Below are positions 1-8,768 of a stretch of DNA of 32,000 nucleotides, piece by piece; position 1 is the first letter of the stretch; each line of letters starts with the position of its first letter. The stretch covers positions 90,001 through 122,000 of the forward strand of contig NC_014972.1 in NCBI RefSeq assembly GCF_000186885.1, written 5' to 3'. A program made the position numbers and the translations under genes. Source of the DNA: Desulfobulbus propionicus DSM 2032 (GTDB taxonomy: Bacteria > Desulfobacterota > Desulfobulbia > Desulfobulbales > Desulfobulbaceae). The notes under the pieces are model-generated. The model worked only from the letters and a program-made list of their open reading frames with translations, did not search any database and had not been told where the DNA came from.

Positions 1-366
1 TGCGGTCGCACCATGAAGCGGATGGAGCGGGTGATGGGCCGCAGCGATGACATGCTGATCATCAAGGGGGTCAACGTGTTCCCCATGCAGATCGAGAAGG
101 TGCTGTTCGAGGTCGAGGGCACCGAGCCCCATTACCAGATCCTTGTCGAGCGGGAAAACCATGCCGACAAGATCACCGTATTGGTCGAGGTGGTGGAATC
201 GATCTTCTTCGACGAGATGAAGAAACAGCGGATGGTGATCGACCGGATCAAAAGCCGGCTGGCGTCGGAAGTGGGGATCAGTGTCGAGGTCAAACTGGTG
301 GAGGAGAAAACGCTAGAGCGTTCGGAGGGCAAGGCCAAGCGGGTTATCGATCGCAGAAAATTGTAA
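1..366 (+). CDS. C-terminal fragment of a phenylacetate-CoA ligase-like (PaaK family) adenylate-forming enzyme; the 5' end lies outside the window
   Basis: Frame 1 is open from nt 1. The tail RSDDMLIIKGVNVFPMQIEKVL...GKAKRVIDRRKL looks like the conserved C-terminal subdomain of PaaK-type ligases (recognised from memory). Confidence 0.7.
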   Translation, partial: CGRTMKRMERVMGRSDDMLIIKGVNVFPMQIEKVLFEVEGTEPHYQILVERENHADKITVLVEVVESIFFDEMKKQRMVIDRIKSRLASEVGISVEVKLVEEKTLERSEGKAKRVIDRRKL

Positions 367-590
367 AAAATGGCCGGTGGCCGTGAAAAGAGTGGACACC
401 GAGCCAAAAAGGGTGATTAGCTGTAACCAGTAGTGAATAAACGCATTCCTGCCCGATGGACGCAGAGGCCTGTTCGTGGGCGCTTCTGTTTGCCATCAGG
501 CGACCCGTGGCGTCATGGCCCAGATGGGATGACCTTCCCGATCGAAGCCTGCCGCCTTCTGTTTTCTCAATCACCGTAAAGGAGAAGTGT

Positions 591-1319
591 ATGAAGTTGC
601 ATGTTGTTGGTCTGATGGTCCTGCTGGTGGCAGCGAGGACAGTTTGTGCGGCCGATCAACCGATGGAGTTGAAAAACGACGAACAGAAGCTGAGTTATGC
701 CATGGGCCTTGATCTTGGGGAGTACTTCAAGGGGCTGGAGGATAAATTTGATTTGCAGGCCCTCAACCAAGGCATTGTCGACAGCTACAATGGCAACAAA
801 CCGTTGCTCAGTGCCGCCGATGCGGCCGCGATTCAGCAGAATTTCGCCAAAAAGCAACAGGAGAAGCAGATCCAGAAGACCGTGGCCATGGTGCAGAAAA
901 ACCGCAAGGCCGCCGAGGAGTTTCTCAAGGCAAACAAGGGCAAGGAAGGGGTGACCGAAACCAAGTCCGGGTTGCAGTACAAGGTGGTGAAAAAAGGGCA
1001 GGGCGCCAAGCCGGCGCCGACCGACATGGTCAAGGTGCAATACAAGGGCACGCTGATCGACGGCAAGGAATTCGACAGTTCCTACAAGCGCAATGAGCCG
1101 GCGGAGTTTCAAGTGAATCAGGTGATCGCCGGCTGGCAGGAAGCCCTACCGCTGATGGAAGTCGGGTCCACCTATGAATTGTATATCCCACCGGACCTTG
1201 CGTACGGCGACCGCGGCGCTCCTCCGGTGATCGAGCCTGGCTCCATGCTGATTTTCCAGGTCGAGCTGCTCGAGATCCTGCAGCCGGCAAAAGAGAAAGA
1301 AAAGGAGAAAAAGGAATAA
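591..1319 (+). CDS. Periplasmic FKBP-type peptidyl-prolyl cis-trans isomerase (FkpA/Mip-like)
   Basis: ATG at 591 is preceded by AAGGAG. Signal peptide MKLHVVGLMVLLVAARTVCAAD, then an FKBP_N-like helix region and the FKBP core (GLQYKVVKKG...VKVQYKGTLIDGKEFDSS...VIAGWQEALPLM...YELYIPPDLAYG). The upstream part of the 456-start ORF has no coding character. Confidence 0.85.
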   Translation: MKLHVVGLMVLLVAARTVCAADQPMELKNDEQKLSYAMGLDLGEYFKGLEDKFDLQALNQGIVDSYNGNKPLLSAADAAAIQQNFAKKQQEKQIQKTVAMVQKNRKAAEEFLKANKGKEGVTETKSGLQYKVVKKGQGAKPAPTDMVKVQYKGTLIDGKEFDSSYKRNEPAEFQVNQVIAGWQEALPLMEVGSTYELYIPPDLAYGDRGAPPVIEPGSMLIFQVELLEILQPAKEKEKEKKE

Positions 1320-1432
1320 CCCCCTTTGCAACCCGTGACGTCAACCCTATCGTTCATGCATGCGGCATGATATGCACCTGGAACCTCGATCAGGAATGAA
1401 TGTGTTGTTGGCCACTGCGCAGGAGGCGGACC

Positions 1433-1594
1433 ATGGGGAAAGACAAGAAGAAAAAAAAAGACAAATGCTGCGGGGCCTACTTGAAGAAAGGCAAGATGTG
1501 CAGCAATTGTCCTTTGCAGGATAAAGAAAAGAAAAAATCGAAGGAAAAGAAAAAGAAAAAGAAGGACAAGAAGAAAAAAGACAAGAAAAAGTAA
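1433..1594 (+). CDS. 53-aa lysine-rich microprotein with a CC-x9-C-x2-C motif
   Basis: AGGAGG lies 7 nt upstream of ATG 1433. 28 of 53 residues are Lys and there are 4 Cys. A strong intrinsic terminator follows directly. It is an A-rich island in a GC-rich genome, so it is unlikely to be a random ORF. Confidence 0.5.
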   Translation: MGKDKKKKKDKCCGAYLKKGKMCSNCPLQDKEKKKSKEKKKKKKDKKKKDKKK

Positions 1595-1631
1595 AAAGTA
1601 GGTTCGTCTTTTTCCCCTTCCCTGGAGCCAG

Positions 1632-1667
1632 GCCGGCCATCGCATCGCGATGGCCGGCTTTTTTTTT
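1632..1667 (+). terminator. Rho-independent terminator
   Basis: Perfect 12-bp stem GCCGGCCATCGC / GCGATGGCCGGC with a 3-nt loop, followed by nine T. Confidence 0.85.
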
Positions 1668-2346
1668 ATCCCTGAAGAGGAGCCGCTGCCTCCGGTTGCG
1701 GGCGTTGCGGGGTGGCAAGCAGCCCTTCGAGCAGGACAAATCGACCCAGCGGGTGAACCTGGCAGGGAAAGCTGGCCACAAACAGGGGATTGTCGCACAG
1801 CCCTCCAGAGAGATAAAGCTCCTGGGGTTCCTGGGCAAAACGGTAGGCGTTGAGGGCGATGCCGCGGACAAACTGGGCGACTGCGGTGGCCTCCGGCACG
1901 CCGGACACCACCGCGTCGAAGATGTGGCTCATGCCAAGCACTCCGCAGGTGATGGAAAAGCCGGTGGAAGGGACCGGCAGGGCCGCGTAATCAAGCTGGT
2001 AGTAAGTGGCGAGCAGTTCGATGGTGAAGCCCATGGAGGCACCGCATTCGGCATTCCAGCCCATGTCCATCACCTCTCCATGGCGAAAACGGACGTACTT
2101 AATGTCCCGGCTGCCGCAATCGAGCAGGACAAAATCGGACCGGTTGATGAGACGTCCTCCGCCCCTGGCCAGGGCCGTCAATTCGTTGATGCTGCGTTTG
2201 CTCCTGCGGGCGGCGTTGTGGCCGGTGCCGAGATCGGCAAGGAAATCGGGAGGCAGATCCCGGGTGGCGATGATCCGGGGAGCGTTGCTCTCCGCAGTAT
2301 CGAGAATCTTGCAGTAGGAGGTGCCGAAATCCGCCAGCAGCATCAA
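1666..2346 (-). CDS. BadF/BadG/BcrA/BcrD-type ATPase (acyl-CoA dehydratase activase-like)
   Basis: N-terminal LLADFGTSYCKI (acetate/sugar-kinase phosphate-1 motif), NAECGASMGFTIELLA (activase NxxCAAGTGxFLE-like) and LYLSGGLCDNPLF near the C-terminus. The start overlaps the upstream stop by 4 nt. Confidence 0.6.
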   Translation of the reverse strand: MMLLADFGTSYCKILDTAESNAPRIIATRDLPPDFLADLGTGHNAARRSKRSINELTALARGGGRLINRSDFVLLDCGSRDIKYVRFRHGEVMDMGWNAECGASMGFTIELLATYYQLDYAALPVPSTGFSITCGVLGMSHIFDAVVSGVPEATAVAQFVRGIALNAYRFAQEPQELYLSGGLCDNPLFVASFPCQVHPLGRFVLLEGLLATPQRPQPEAAAPLQG

Positions 2347-3095
2347 CCGTTCCCCCGTTGCGGGTCAATGCCGGAGAGTTCGAGAAAGGCCTCGATCTTG
2401 GCGCGGGTGGAACTGGACACGCTGACGTCGCAATCAATGGCCAAGGCACGGGGATGCTTGGCCGCCAGGTGTTTGGCCAGCGCCGATTTGGCGCAAAAGG
2501 ACTGGGAGAAAAAGACGGTGGGGATGGTAGGATCGACCACCTGCTCCAGCGCAAAATCAGACGGCGTCTTGTTCTCCATGCATCGGGTCCAGCCGAACAC
2601 GTGGGTGGTATCGGGAAAGGGGGCAAGCAGCGAGAAATCGCGGGGCGGCACGCCCCAGAAGCCGCAGCTCGGTGGGCATGGTTCCAATGGCGGGTAAGCG
2701 GCTGCGGATTGCACGCCCTGGGTGATCCTGCTGAACTTTTCCATCAGCGGCATGCGGCTGGTGCAGAGCGGGTTGCCAAAGGGACGGGTATCCTGATTGC
2801 GGGTGCGGATGACCGGGATGGGGAGCATGTCGGCGAGTATTTCGGCCACGTGCAGGGCGCAATCGCACTTGCCCGGTCCGACATCGATGTACACCCGGTC
2901 CAGGGCGAGATGCAGGCAGTTGAGCACCACGGTTCGGAGAATGGCGCAGTAGACCCGTGGGATGCGGGAGGCCGTCTGATCGATGGGCGCCCGCACCTGC
3001 GGCTCATCCAGGTCGACGATGTGGTCGCCTTGTCGGTTGATTTCTTCAATGACCGCCAGCGGCGGCACGCCGACAATGCCGATCCGTCGAGTCAT
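2343..3095 (-). CDS. Putative 2-hydroxyacyl-CoA dehydratase-family (HGD-D-like) protein
   Basis: Start chosen at the internal ATG 3095 (MTRRIGIVGVPP...), which overlaps the LptF/G stop (TGATG). Cys-rich, and adjacent to and coupled with the activase-like ATPase. The family call is weak and made by eye. Confidence 0.4.
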   Translation of the reverse strand: MTRRIGIVGVPPLAVIEEINRQGDHIVDLDEPQVRAPIDQTASRIPRVYCAILRTVVLNCLHLALDRVYIDVGPGKCDCALHVAEILADMLPIPVIRTRNQDTRPFGNPLCTSRMPLMEKFSRITQGVQSAAAYPPLEPCPPSCGFWGVPPRDFSLLAPFPDTTHVFGWTRCMENKTPSDFALEQVVDPTIPTVFFSQSFCAKSALAKHLAAKHPRALAIDCDVSVSSSTRAKIEAFLELSGIDPQRGNG

Positions 3096-4177
3096 CAGAC
3101 ATCCTCGCGCAGCAGCAGGAAAAAACCGACACAGCCCACCAGCAGATGGACCGAAATGGCGGCGGCCAGCGGTGGAATATAGCTGGCCTTGGCCAAGGAT
3201 TGCAGGGTGGTGTAGACGCCCCAGCAAAGAAAGGCCATGCCGCAGCTCACCGGGATGGCCAGGGACAGATCCCTGCCCCATTTGCGATAGACCAGCAGCA
3301 GCAACGGCAGGCCCAGAAGAAGCAGGGGCAGGCCAAGGAGGGTGTAGGAGATCCGGCCGTAGAAATCGGCCCAGGCCTTGCTGCGCTCCTCTTCGGAACG
3401 GGTGTGCTGGGTTTCTTTGTACAGCTGCACCAGGGAAAGCTCCATCGATCTGTACGCGGGCACGAAAAAGTCATCGGGAGTTTCCGGGAAATTGATCCTG
3501 CGATTGGTGAAGACCTGGGTCGCGAAGCGGTCGCCGCCGGCTGCTTTCTGAATTTGACCGTTGCGCAGTGTCCACACCCCCTTGTTCCATACGGCGATTT
3601 CCGCGGCAATCAAGGTGTTGGCGGCATGTTCCTTGTCCCAAACCGTGTAGGAAAAATTCTTGAAAAGATTTTTCTGCGGATCAGGGCGGGAAAATGAATA
3701 AAAACCCTCCTGACCGCGATAGTAGTATCGGCCGTTTCGATATATGCCCAGCGGTACCTTACCCTTGATCTCCTTGTTCCAGATTTGGTTGGTGACGGCG
3801 ATGGTCTTGGGAAGAACGTATTGATCCATGGCCAGAAACAACAGGGTGCAGGCCAGGGCCGCGCCGATGATCGGCACGGTGATTTTTTTCAAGGGAATGC
3901 CGCAGGCCTTGAGAGCGATGAGTTCGTTGCTGTGGTTCAAGACCCCCAGGGTCACCACGCCGGCGAGGAGAATGCAAACCGGGCTCATTAAGTCGATGAT
4001 AAAGGGGATATTGGCGAAGAAGAAGGTGGCGATCAGGCTGAACGATTTCCCTTTTTCCAGAAAATTGTCAATTTTTTCAAAGAAATCGATCAGCAAATAG
4101 AGGGTGATGAAGCTCGCCATGATCATGCCGAGGTTGCGGAGAAAATGGGCGAGAATGTATCGGTAGAGCAGTATCAT
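3095..4177 (-). CDS. LptF/LptG-family (YjgP/YjgQ) LPS export permease
   Basis: 360 aa. MILLYRYILAHFLRNL... N-terminus, three N-terminal TM helices, a periplasmic beta-jellyroll-like middle section and three C-terminal TM helices, as is typical for the family. Confidence 0.8.
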   Translation of the reverse strand: MILLYRYILAHFLRNLGMIMASFITLYLLIDFFEKIDNFLEKGKSFSLIATFFFANIPFIIDLMSPVCILLAGVVTLGVLNHSNELIALKACGIPLKKITVPIIGAALACTLLFLAMDQYVLPKTIAVTNQIWNKEIKGKVPLGIYRNGRYYYRGQEGFYSFSRPDPQKNLFKNFSYTVWDKEHAANTLIAAEIAVWNKGVWTLRNGQIQKAAGGDRFATQVFTNRRINFPETPDDFFVPAYRSMELSLVQLYKETQHTRSEEERSKAWADFYGRISYTLLGLPLLLLGLPLLLLVYRKWGRDLSLAIPVSCGMAFLCWGVYTTLQSLAKASYIPPLAAAISVHLLVGCVGFFLLLREDV

Positions 4178-4624
4178 GGGTGATTATGGCAAGGAATCCG
4201 GAAAATTGCCCTGGCTTGCGGCAGACGTTGCATGTGTTTCTTCCCTCATGGCGGAAGAAAAGGAAGTGTCGTGCTTGACGTAGTACCCGCTGCCGTTGTT
4301 CCAGTCAAGGGCAACCGGATATCGACCGGCAGTCCCGGGCAGGGGCAAAGTTCCGGAAAAACGGAGCTTGCACTTCTTTGTGTCTGTGGTAAGTTGTCGC
4401 CTTGGTTTGATGCGTTATGAGTTGTCGTCAAGGGCGCGACAGGGAAAATGCGTGCACGAAGCAGGAAACGTCTGCTTTCCCCTTGTGTTTCCCGAGAGGT
4501 ATTGGTCCGGAACAAGTCGGCCATGAGCGGATGATGGCCGTTGTCCATTGATAAAGCGGCGGATAAGTTCTTTGCTGTGACGCTCTCCCGAGCAAACGGC
4601 AGTGTTTTTTTCTAATCCCGGTCT

Positions 4625-5656
4625 ATGCAGAAACGACTCGAGAAGATTGCCGACAACAACATAACCCGCAGCGCCAGCAAAAACTCGGCCGTGGCCCGCC
4701 TCAACGGCCTGTGGGCCATTTTTGAGAAGAGCGACAATGTCCTGATCGTCATCAGTGCCGATCCGGACGCCATCGCCTCGGCCATGGCGCTCAAGCGCCT
4801 GCTCAGCTACCGGGTGCACAGTGTCACCATCGGCTATCCCAATGAAATTCGGCGCCTCAACAACCTGACCATGGTTGAGCGCCTGAAAATCCCGCTGGAA
4901 CGGCTGCACACCCTGTCGATGAAGGACTACTCCAAGAAAATCCTGCTCGATTCCCAGCCCAACCACTTGGCCTGCTTCGAGAAGATGACCTTCAACGCGG
5001 TGATCGACCATCACCCCGTCACCACGGGCTGGGATGCGGCCTTTATCGACATCCGCCCGGAATATGGCGCGGTTTCCTCAATGATGGTCGAATACCTGCG
5101 CGCTGCCGGCATCAAACCCTCGGTGGCCCTGGCAACCGCTCTGTTTTATGGAGTCAAGGTCGACACCCAGAACTTCCAGAAGCAGAACATGCAGGCCGCC
5201 GACGGCATCTGTTTTCGCTATCTGTTCAACATCGCCAATCTGAACCTGGTGCGCAAATTCGAGCTCACCGAACTGCGGCGTTCGGAGCTGCGCTATTTCC
5301 GCACCGCCCTCAACGAGGTCAAGGCTAGCAAGGGACGGGCCTATGTGCACCTAGGCAAGGTCGGCACCCCGGACATCCTGGTGATCATCGCTGATTTTTT
5401 CAATCGCGTCGAATCGTTTGATTGGGTGATTGTCTCCGGTGTCCATGGCGAGAAGCTGGTGGTTATCTTCCGTTGCGATGGGTATCGGAAGAATGCCGGC
5501 AAGCTGGCAAAAGCCACTTTTGGCCGTTTCGGTCCTGCCGGCGGGCACAAGGAGGCCGCCCGGGCCGAATCGCCGCTGAAAAATTTACCGTTGCGCGAAA
5601 ATCAGGAATTCACCACCAAAACCCTTATCCGCCTCATCACCCAGCATATCAAATAG
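4625..5656 (+). CDS. DHH/DHHA1-family phosphoesterase (NrnA-like)
   Basis: SADPDAIASAMAL (motif I/II region), AVIDHHP (the DHH motif) and a C-terminal GPAGGHKEAA (DHHA1 GGGH-like motif). Confidence 0.8.
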   Translation: MQKRLEKIADNNITRSASKNSAVARLNGLWAIFEKSDNVLIVISADPDAIASAMALKRLLSYRVHSVTIGYPNEIRRLNNLTMVERLKIPLERLHTLSMKDYSKKILLDSQPNHLACFEKMTFNAVIDHHPVTTGWDAAFIDIRPEYGAVSSMMVEYLRAAGIKPSVALATALFYGVKVDTQNFQKQNMQAADGICFRYLFNIANLNLVRKFELTELRRSELRYFRTALNEVKASKGRAYVHLGKVGTPDILVIIADFFNRVESFDWVIVSGVHGEKLVVIFRCDGYRKNAGKLAKATFGRFGPAGGHKEAARAESPLKNLPLRENQEFTTKTLIRLITQHIK

Positions 5657-5844
5657 CCGCGTTCGTCCCAATCGGTTCTGCCGCCGGTTTTCCCGTGGCC
5701 TTTTGCCCCGTCAAGGCCAGATATTGCTTGCGCCTGTACGGAAGTTGGGCATATTATGGCTTGAATATCCATTTCCATTGGCGCCTTGCATCAAGGCCCT
5801 TGCCCTGAACAACGGGCGCCGATATTCCATCCGCACGGTGTTCT

Positions 5845-7101
5845 ATGTACAGACCCTCGACCTTGGCGATGATCCTGGCAGGTGGCCGCGTCGATGAATT
5901 AGGTGTGTTGACGCATTACCGACCAAAATCCGCTGTTCCCTTCGGCGGGTTTGCCCGGGTCATCGATTTTCCCCTGTCCAATCTGCTCCATTCGGGCATC
6001 GAGCGCATCGCCATCCTCAGTCAGTACCGCTCCTATTCCCTGATCAACCACATCGGCACCGGTGCTGCCTGGGACATGATTGGGCGCAACCGGGGCATTT
6101 CCATCCTGCCGCCGTTCAAGGATTACGACAACCCTCACTGGTACAGGGGGAGCGCCGATGCAGTGTATCAGAATATCGATTACATGCAATATTATGGTCC
6201 TTCGGTCATCCTCATCCTCTCCGGCGATCACATCTATCAGATGGATTATCGCAAGATGATCCGCTACCACAACGAACTCGATGCCGACCTGACCGCCGCT
6301 TTTATCGAGGTGCCCCAGGAATCGGCTTCCCGCTTCGGTGTGGCTGAGATCGCCGATGATTTCGAGGACGGGGGCCGCATGCTTTCCTACGAGGAAAAGC
6401 CGGCGGAGCCCAAGGGGCGCTGGGCTTCGTTGACCGTGTTCTGTTTTCGGCCCTCGGTCCTGTTTGAGGTGTTGAAACAAAATCAAGCCGGTGACTCCTA
6501 TGAGTTCGGCCGGGACATCATCCCGATGATGATGCGGCAGCAATACAAGGTGCATGGCTACAAGTTCCGGGGGTATTGGGGCTATACCCGGACTATCGAC
6601 GAATATTGGCAGACCTCGATGGATCTGCTCGGACCGGAACCCAAAATCGATCTCGAGGCCTGGGGTATCCGCACCAACCTGGCCCACCGTAACATCGCCG
6701 ACCGCCAGCCGGTGAAGATCGGTACCCACGGCAGCCTGGACAATTCCATGGCCTACAATGGCTGCATTATTGAGGGCACGGTGCGCAACTCGATTCTCTT
6801 TCCCGGGGTCCATGTGATGGCTGGGGCGGAAATCAACGATTCCATCCTTTTTTTCGACAACATTGTCCACCAGGACGTCCATCTCAACCGGGTGGTCAGC
6901 GACGTCAACACGGTGTACAGCCGTAACGTTCGGGTTGGCGCGCCTCAATGCGATAAAAACAGTCGAGTGAGTGTCATCGGTTGGAACAACAGCGTGCCGG
7001 AAGGGTTTAATGTCGGCTGCGGCTGCCGGGTGGCGCCGCGGATTGCCATGGAGAAGTGGCCGTCCACCAATCGACTCGAAGACGGGGAGGACCTGCAATG
7101 A
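5845..7101 (+). CDS. Glucose-1-phosphate adenylyltransferase paralogue 1 (divergent glycine-rich loop; possibly a regulatory GlgD-like subunit)
   Basis: AMILAGGRVDELGVLTHYRPKSAVPFGG..RVIDFPLSNLLHSGI, WYRGSADAV, and a C-terminal left-handed beta-helix region. The start could instead be ATG 5869. Confidence 0.8.
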   Translation: MYRPSTLAMILAGGRVDELGVLTHYRPKSAVPFGGFARVIDFPLSNLLHSGIERIAILSQYRSYSLINHIGTGAAWDMIGRNRGISILPPFKDYDNPHWYRGSADAVYQNIDYMQYYGPSVILILSGDHIYQMDYRKMIRYHNELDADLTAAFIEVPQESASRFGVAEIADDFEDGGRMLSYEEKPAEPKGRWASLTVFCFRPSVLFEVLKQNQAGDSYEFGRDIIPMMMRQQYKVHGYKFRGYWGYTRTIDEYWQTSMDLLGPEPKIDLEAWGIRTNLAHRNIADRQPVKIGTHGSLDNSMAYNGCIIEGTVRNSILFPGVHVMAGAEINDSILFFDNIVHQDVHLNRVVSDVNTVYSRNVRVGAPQCDKNSRVSVIGWNNSVPEGFNVGCGCRVAPRIAMEKWPSTNRLEDGEDLQ

Positions 7102-8366
7102 GAGAAAGCGGCGATGCGCTTGTTCTGCTTCTCGCCGGCGGGATTGGCAGCCGGCTGAACCTCCTGGTCGGCCATCGGGCCAAGCCGGCGGTGCCCTTTG
7201 GCGGTATTTACCGGATCATCGACTTCAGTCTGTCCAACGTCATGAACTCCGGCCTCACCCGAGTGGGGGTGCTCACCCAATACAAGCCGCTTTCCCTGAT
7301 GGCCCATATCGGCAATGGCGCGGCTTGGGATTTCACCGGTCGCACCCGCGGTATCAAGATCCTGCCGCCGCGAACCGGAGAAAAGGATTCCGATTGGTAT
7401 AAGGGAACCGCCGACGCCATCCGCCAGAACATCGATTTCATCCTCGCCAACCCCTCGGAGCAGGTGGTGATTCTTTCCGGCGATCATATCTATCGCATGG
7501 ATTTCGATGCCATGCTCTCCTACCACCAACACAAGCGAGCCGATATCACCATCGGCATGATGGTGGTGCCCAAGCGGGACATCCACCAGTTCGGCGCCGG
7601 CATCATCGACAACGAGAACCGTATCGTCGACTGGGAGGAAAAACCCAAGGTGCCGCGAACCAATCTCGCCTCCATGGGCATCTATGTCTTTGACACCCAG
7701 TATCTGCTCCGTGCCCTGGCCCGGGATCGGAAGGAGGTGGATTTCGGCATGGATATCATTCCCCGGGCGATCAACGAAGATCGGGTCTATGCCTACCCTT
7801 TTTACGGTTACTGGCGCGATGTCGGCACCATTCAGTCATATTGGGAGACCAACATGGATATTATCCGCGAAAATTCGGGGATATCTCCAGAGGGATGGGA
7901 AATCCGCCCCAATCCCGAGTACGGCGGTCGCCGCATGGATCGTGCCCCGGCCCGCTTTCTGCCGGGCAGCAAGGCCAGTTCGTCGCTGATTTCCGCTGGC
8001 TGCGTCATCGAAGGCACAGTGATCAATTCGGTGCTGTCGCCGGGCGTGCGGGTCAAGAAAGGGGCCGTGGTCACCAACGCGGTCATTTTTGATGACGGGG
8101 TCATCGAGGATCGGGCCGTGGTGGATCTGGCGATCCTGGACAAACGGGTACGGGTTGGCTCCGGAGCCGTGGTGGGGCACGGCACTAACCTTACCCTGGC
8201 CAACAAACAATTTCCCAAGCACCTTTACACCGGTATTTCCCTGGTGGGCAAGGAGGCCGTTATCCCTGCCGGATCGACGATCGGCCGTAACTGTATCGTC
8301 AATTTCGGCTATTGTGATGAAACATTCAGTGGTCTGGATACGCTGGCCGATGGGGAATCTGCTTGA
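7098..8366 (+). CDS. glgC: Glucose-1-phosphate adenylyltransferase paralogue 2 (canonical GGxGSRL loop)
   Basis: Start at ATG 7098 overlaps the upstream stop (ATGA). LLLAGGIGSRLNLLVGHRAKPAVPFGGIYRIIDFSLSNVMNSGL, WYKGTADAI, ILSGDHIYRMD. Confidence 0.85.
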   Translation: MRESGDALVLLLAGGIGSRLNLLVGHRAKPAVPFGGIYRIIDFSLSNVMNSGLTRVGVLTQYKPLSLMAHIGNGAAWDFTGRTRGIKILPPRTGEKDSDWYKGTADAIRQNIDFILANPSEQVVILSGDHIYRMDFDAMLSYHQHKRADITIGMMVVPKRDIHQFGAGIIDNENRIVDWEEKPKVPRTNLASMGIYVFDTQYLLRALARDRKEVDFGMDIIPRAINEDRVYAYPFYGYWRDVGTIQSYWETNMDIIRENSGISPEGWEIRPNPEYGGRRMDRAPARFLPGSKASSSLISAGCVIEGTVINSVLSPGVRVKKGAVVTNAVIFDDGVIEDRAVVDLAILDKRVRVGSGAVVGHGTNLTLANKQFPKHLYTGISLVGKEAVIPAGSTIGRNCIVNFGYCDETFSGLDTLADGESA

Positions 8367-8473
8367 AGGCTGTGTCTGCAAAAGAAAGAATAAGAAAGCC
8401 TTGCGTGGAACAGGACAGGTGGTGTATTTTTCCCGCCTGCAACCCATTCTTTCGCCCAAAAAGTCAATGCTCC

Positions 8474-8550
8474 GCTCCAGTAGCTCAGGTGGATAGAGCG
8501 CAGGATTCCTAATCCTGGTGCCGCAGGTTCGAATCCTGCCTGGAGCACCA
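8474..8550 (+). tRNA. tRNA-Arg, anticodon CCT, with encoded CCA
   Basis: Hand-folded cloverleaf: acceptor GCTCCAG/CTGGAGC, D arm GCTC-AGGTGGATA-GAGC, anticodon arm CAGGA-TTCCTAA-TCCTG, variable GTGCC, T arm GCAGG-TTCGAAT-CCTGC, discriminator A, CCA. Confidence 0.9.
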
Positions 8551-8556
8551 TTAAAT

Positions 8557-8602
8557 AAAGGCCAAAAGCTCAAGAAGACTGAGCTTTTGGCCTTTTCTTT
8601 TT
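8557..8602 (+). terminator. Rho-independent terminator after the tRNA
   Basis: Perfect 15-bp stem AAAGGCCAAAAGCTC / GAGCTTTTGGCCTTT with a 9-nt loop, followed by TCTTTTT. Confidence 0.8.
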
Positions 8603-8662
8603 CATTGATTTTTAGCCTCGCTTGCCATAGGTTGGCCAAAACTAGCCGTCTTTTGCAAAATA

Positions 8663-8710
8663 TTGCGCCCAAAATTGCGCCCAAAACTGCGCCCGGATTT
8701 ACGCCCAAAA
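8663..8710 (+). repeat. Four direct copies of a YGCGCCC(AAAA) motif directly upstream of the integrase reading frame
   Basis: TTGCGCCCAAAA TTGCGCCCAAAA CTGCGCCC..ggattt..ACGCCCAAAA, ending at the ATG at 8710. Candidate arm-type recombinase or regulator binding sites. Confidence 0.6.
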
Positions 8711-8768
8711 TGGCAACCGTCACGAAACGAAAGAGGAAAAAAGCTTTGTTTATAAAGCGGAAATCCGA

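Noticed and set aside
456-590. 45-aa upstream extension of the FKBP ORF
   Set aside because: There is no SD at 456. The strong AAGGAG plus the signal peptide begin at ATG 591.
1172-1871. Long minus-strand ORFs (208 aa and 174 aa) across the Lys-rich gene and terminator region
   Set aside because: Their poly-Phe/Leu stretches are simply the reverse complement of the poly-Lys codons. They run through a strong plus-strand terminator and have no start signals.
4178-4624. The 450-bp divergent intergenic region was examined for a structured ncRNA (SRP, 6S or riboswitch-like) because of local pairings such as CTTGAC...GTCAAG and GAAGTG...CACTTC
   Set aside because: I could identify no conserved signature of any RNA family I know. 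The ORFs there (62-100 aa) lack SD sequences and motifs. It is left unannotated.
5899-7098. 399-aa minus-strand ORF antisense to the first glgC paralogue
   Set aside because: The opposite strand encodes an unmistakable ADP-glucose pyrophosphorylase. The antisense product has the low-complexity, GC-driven composition of a shadow ORF.
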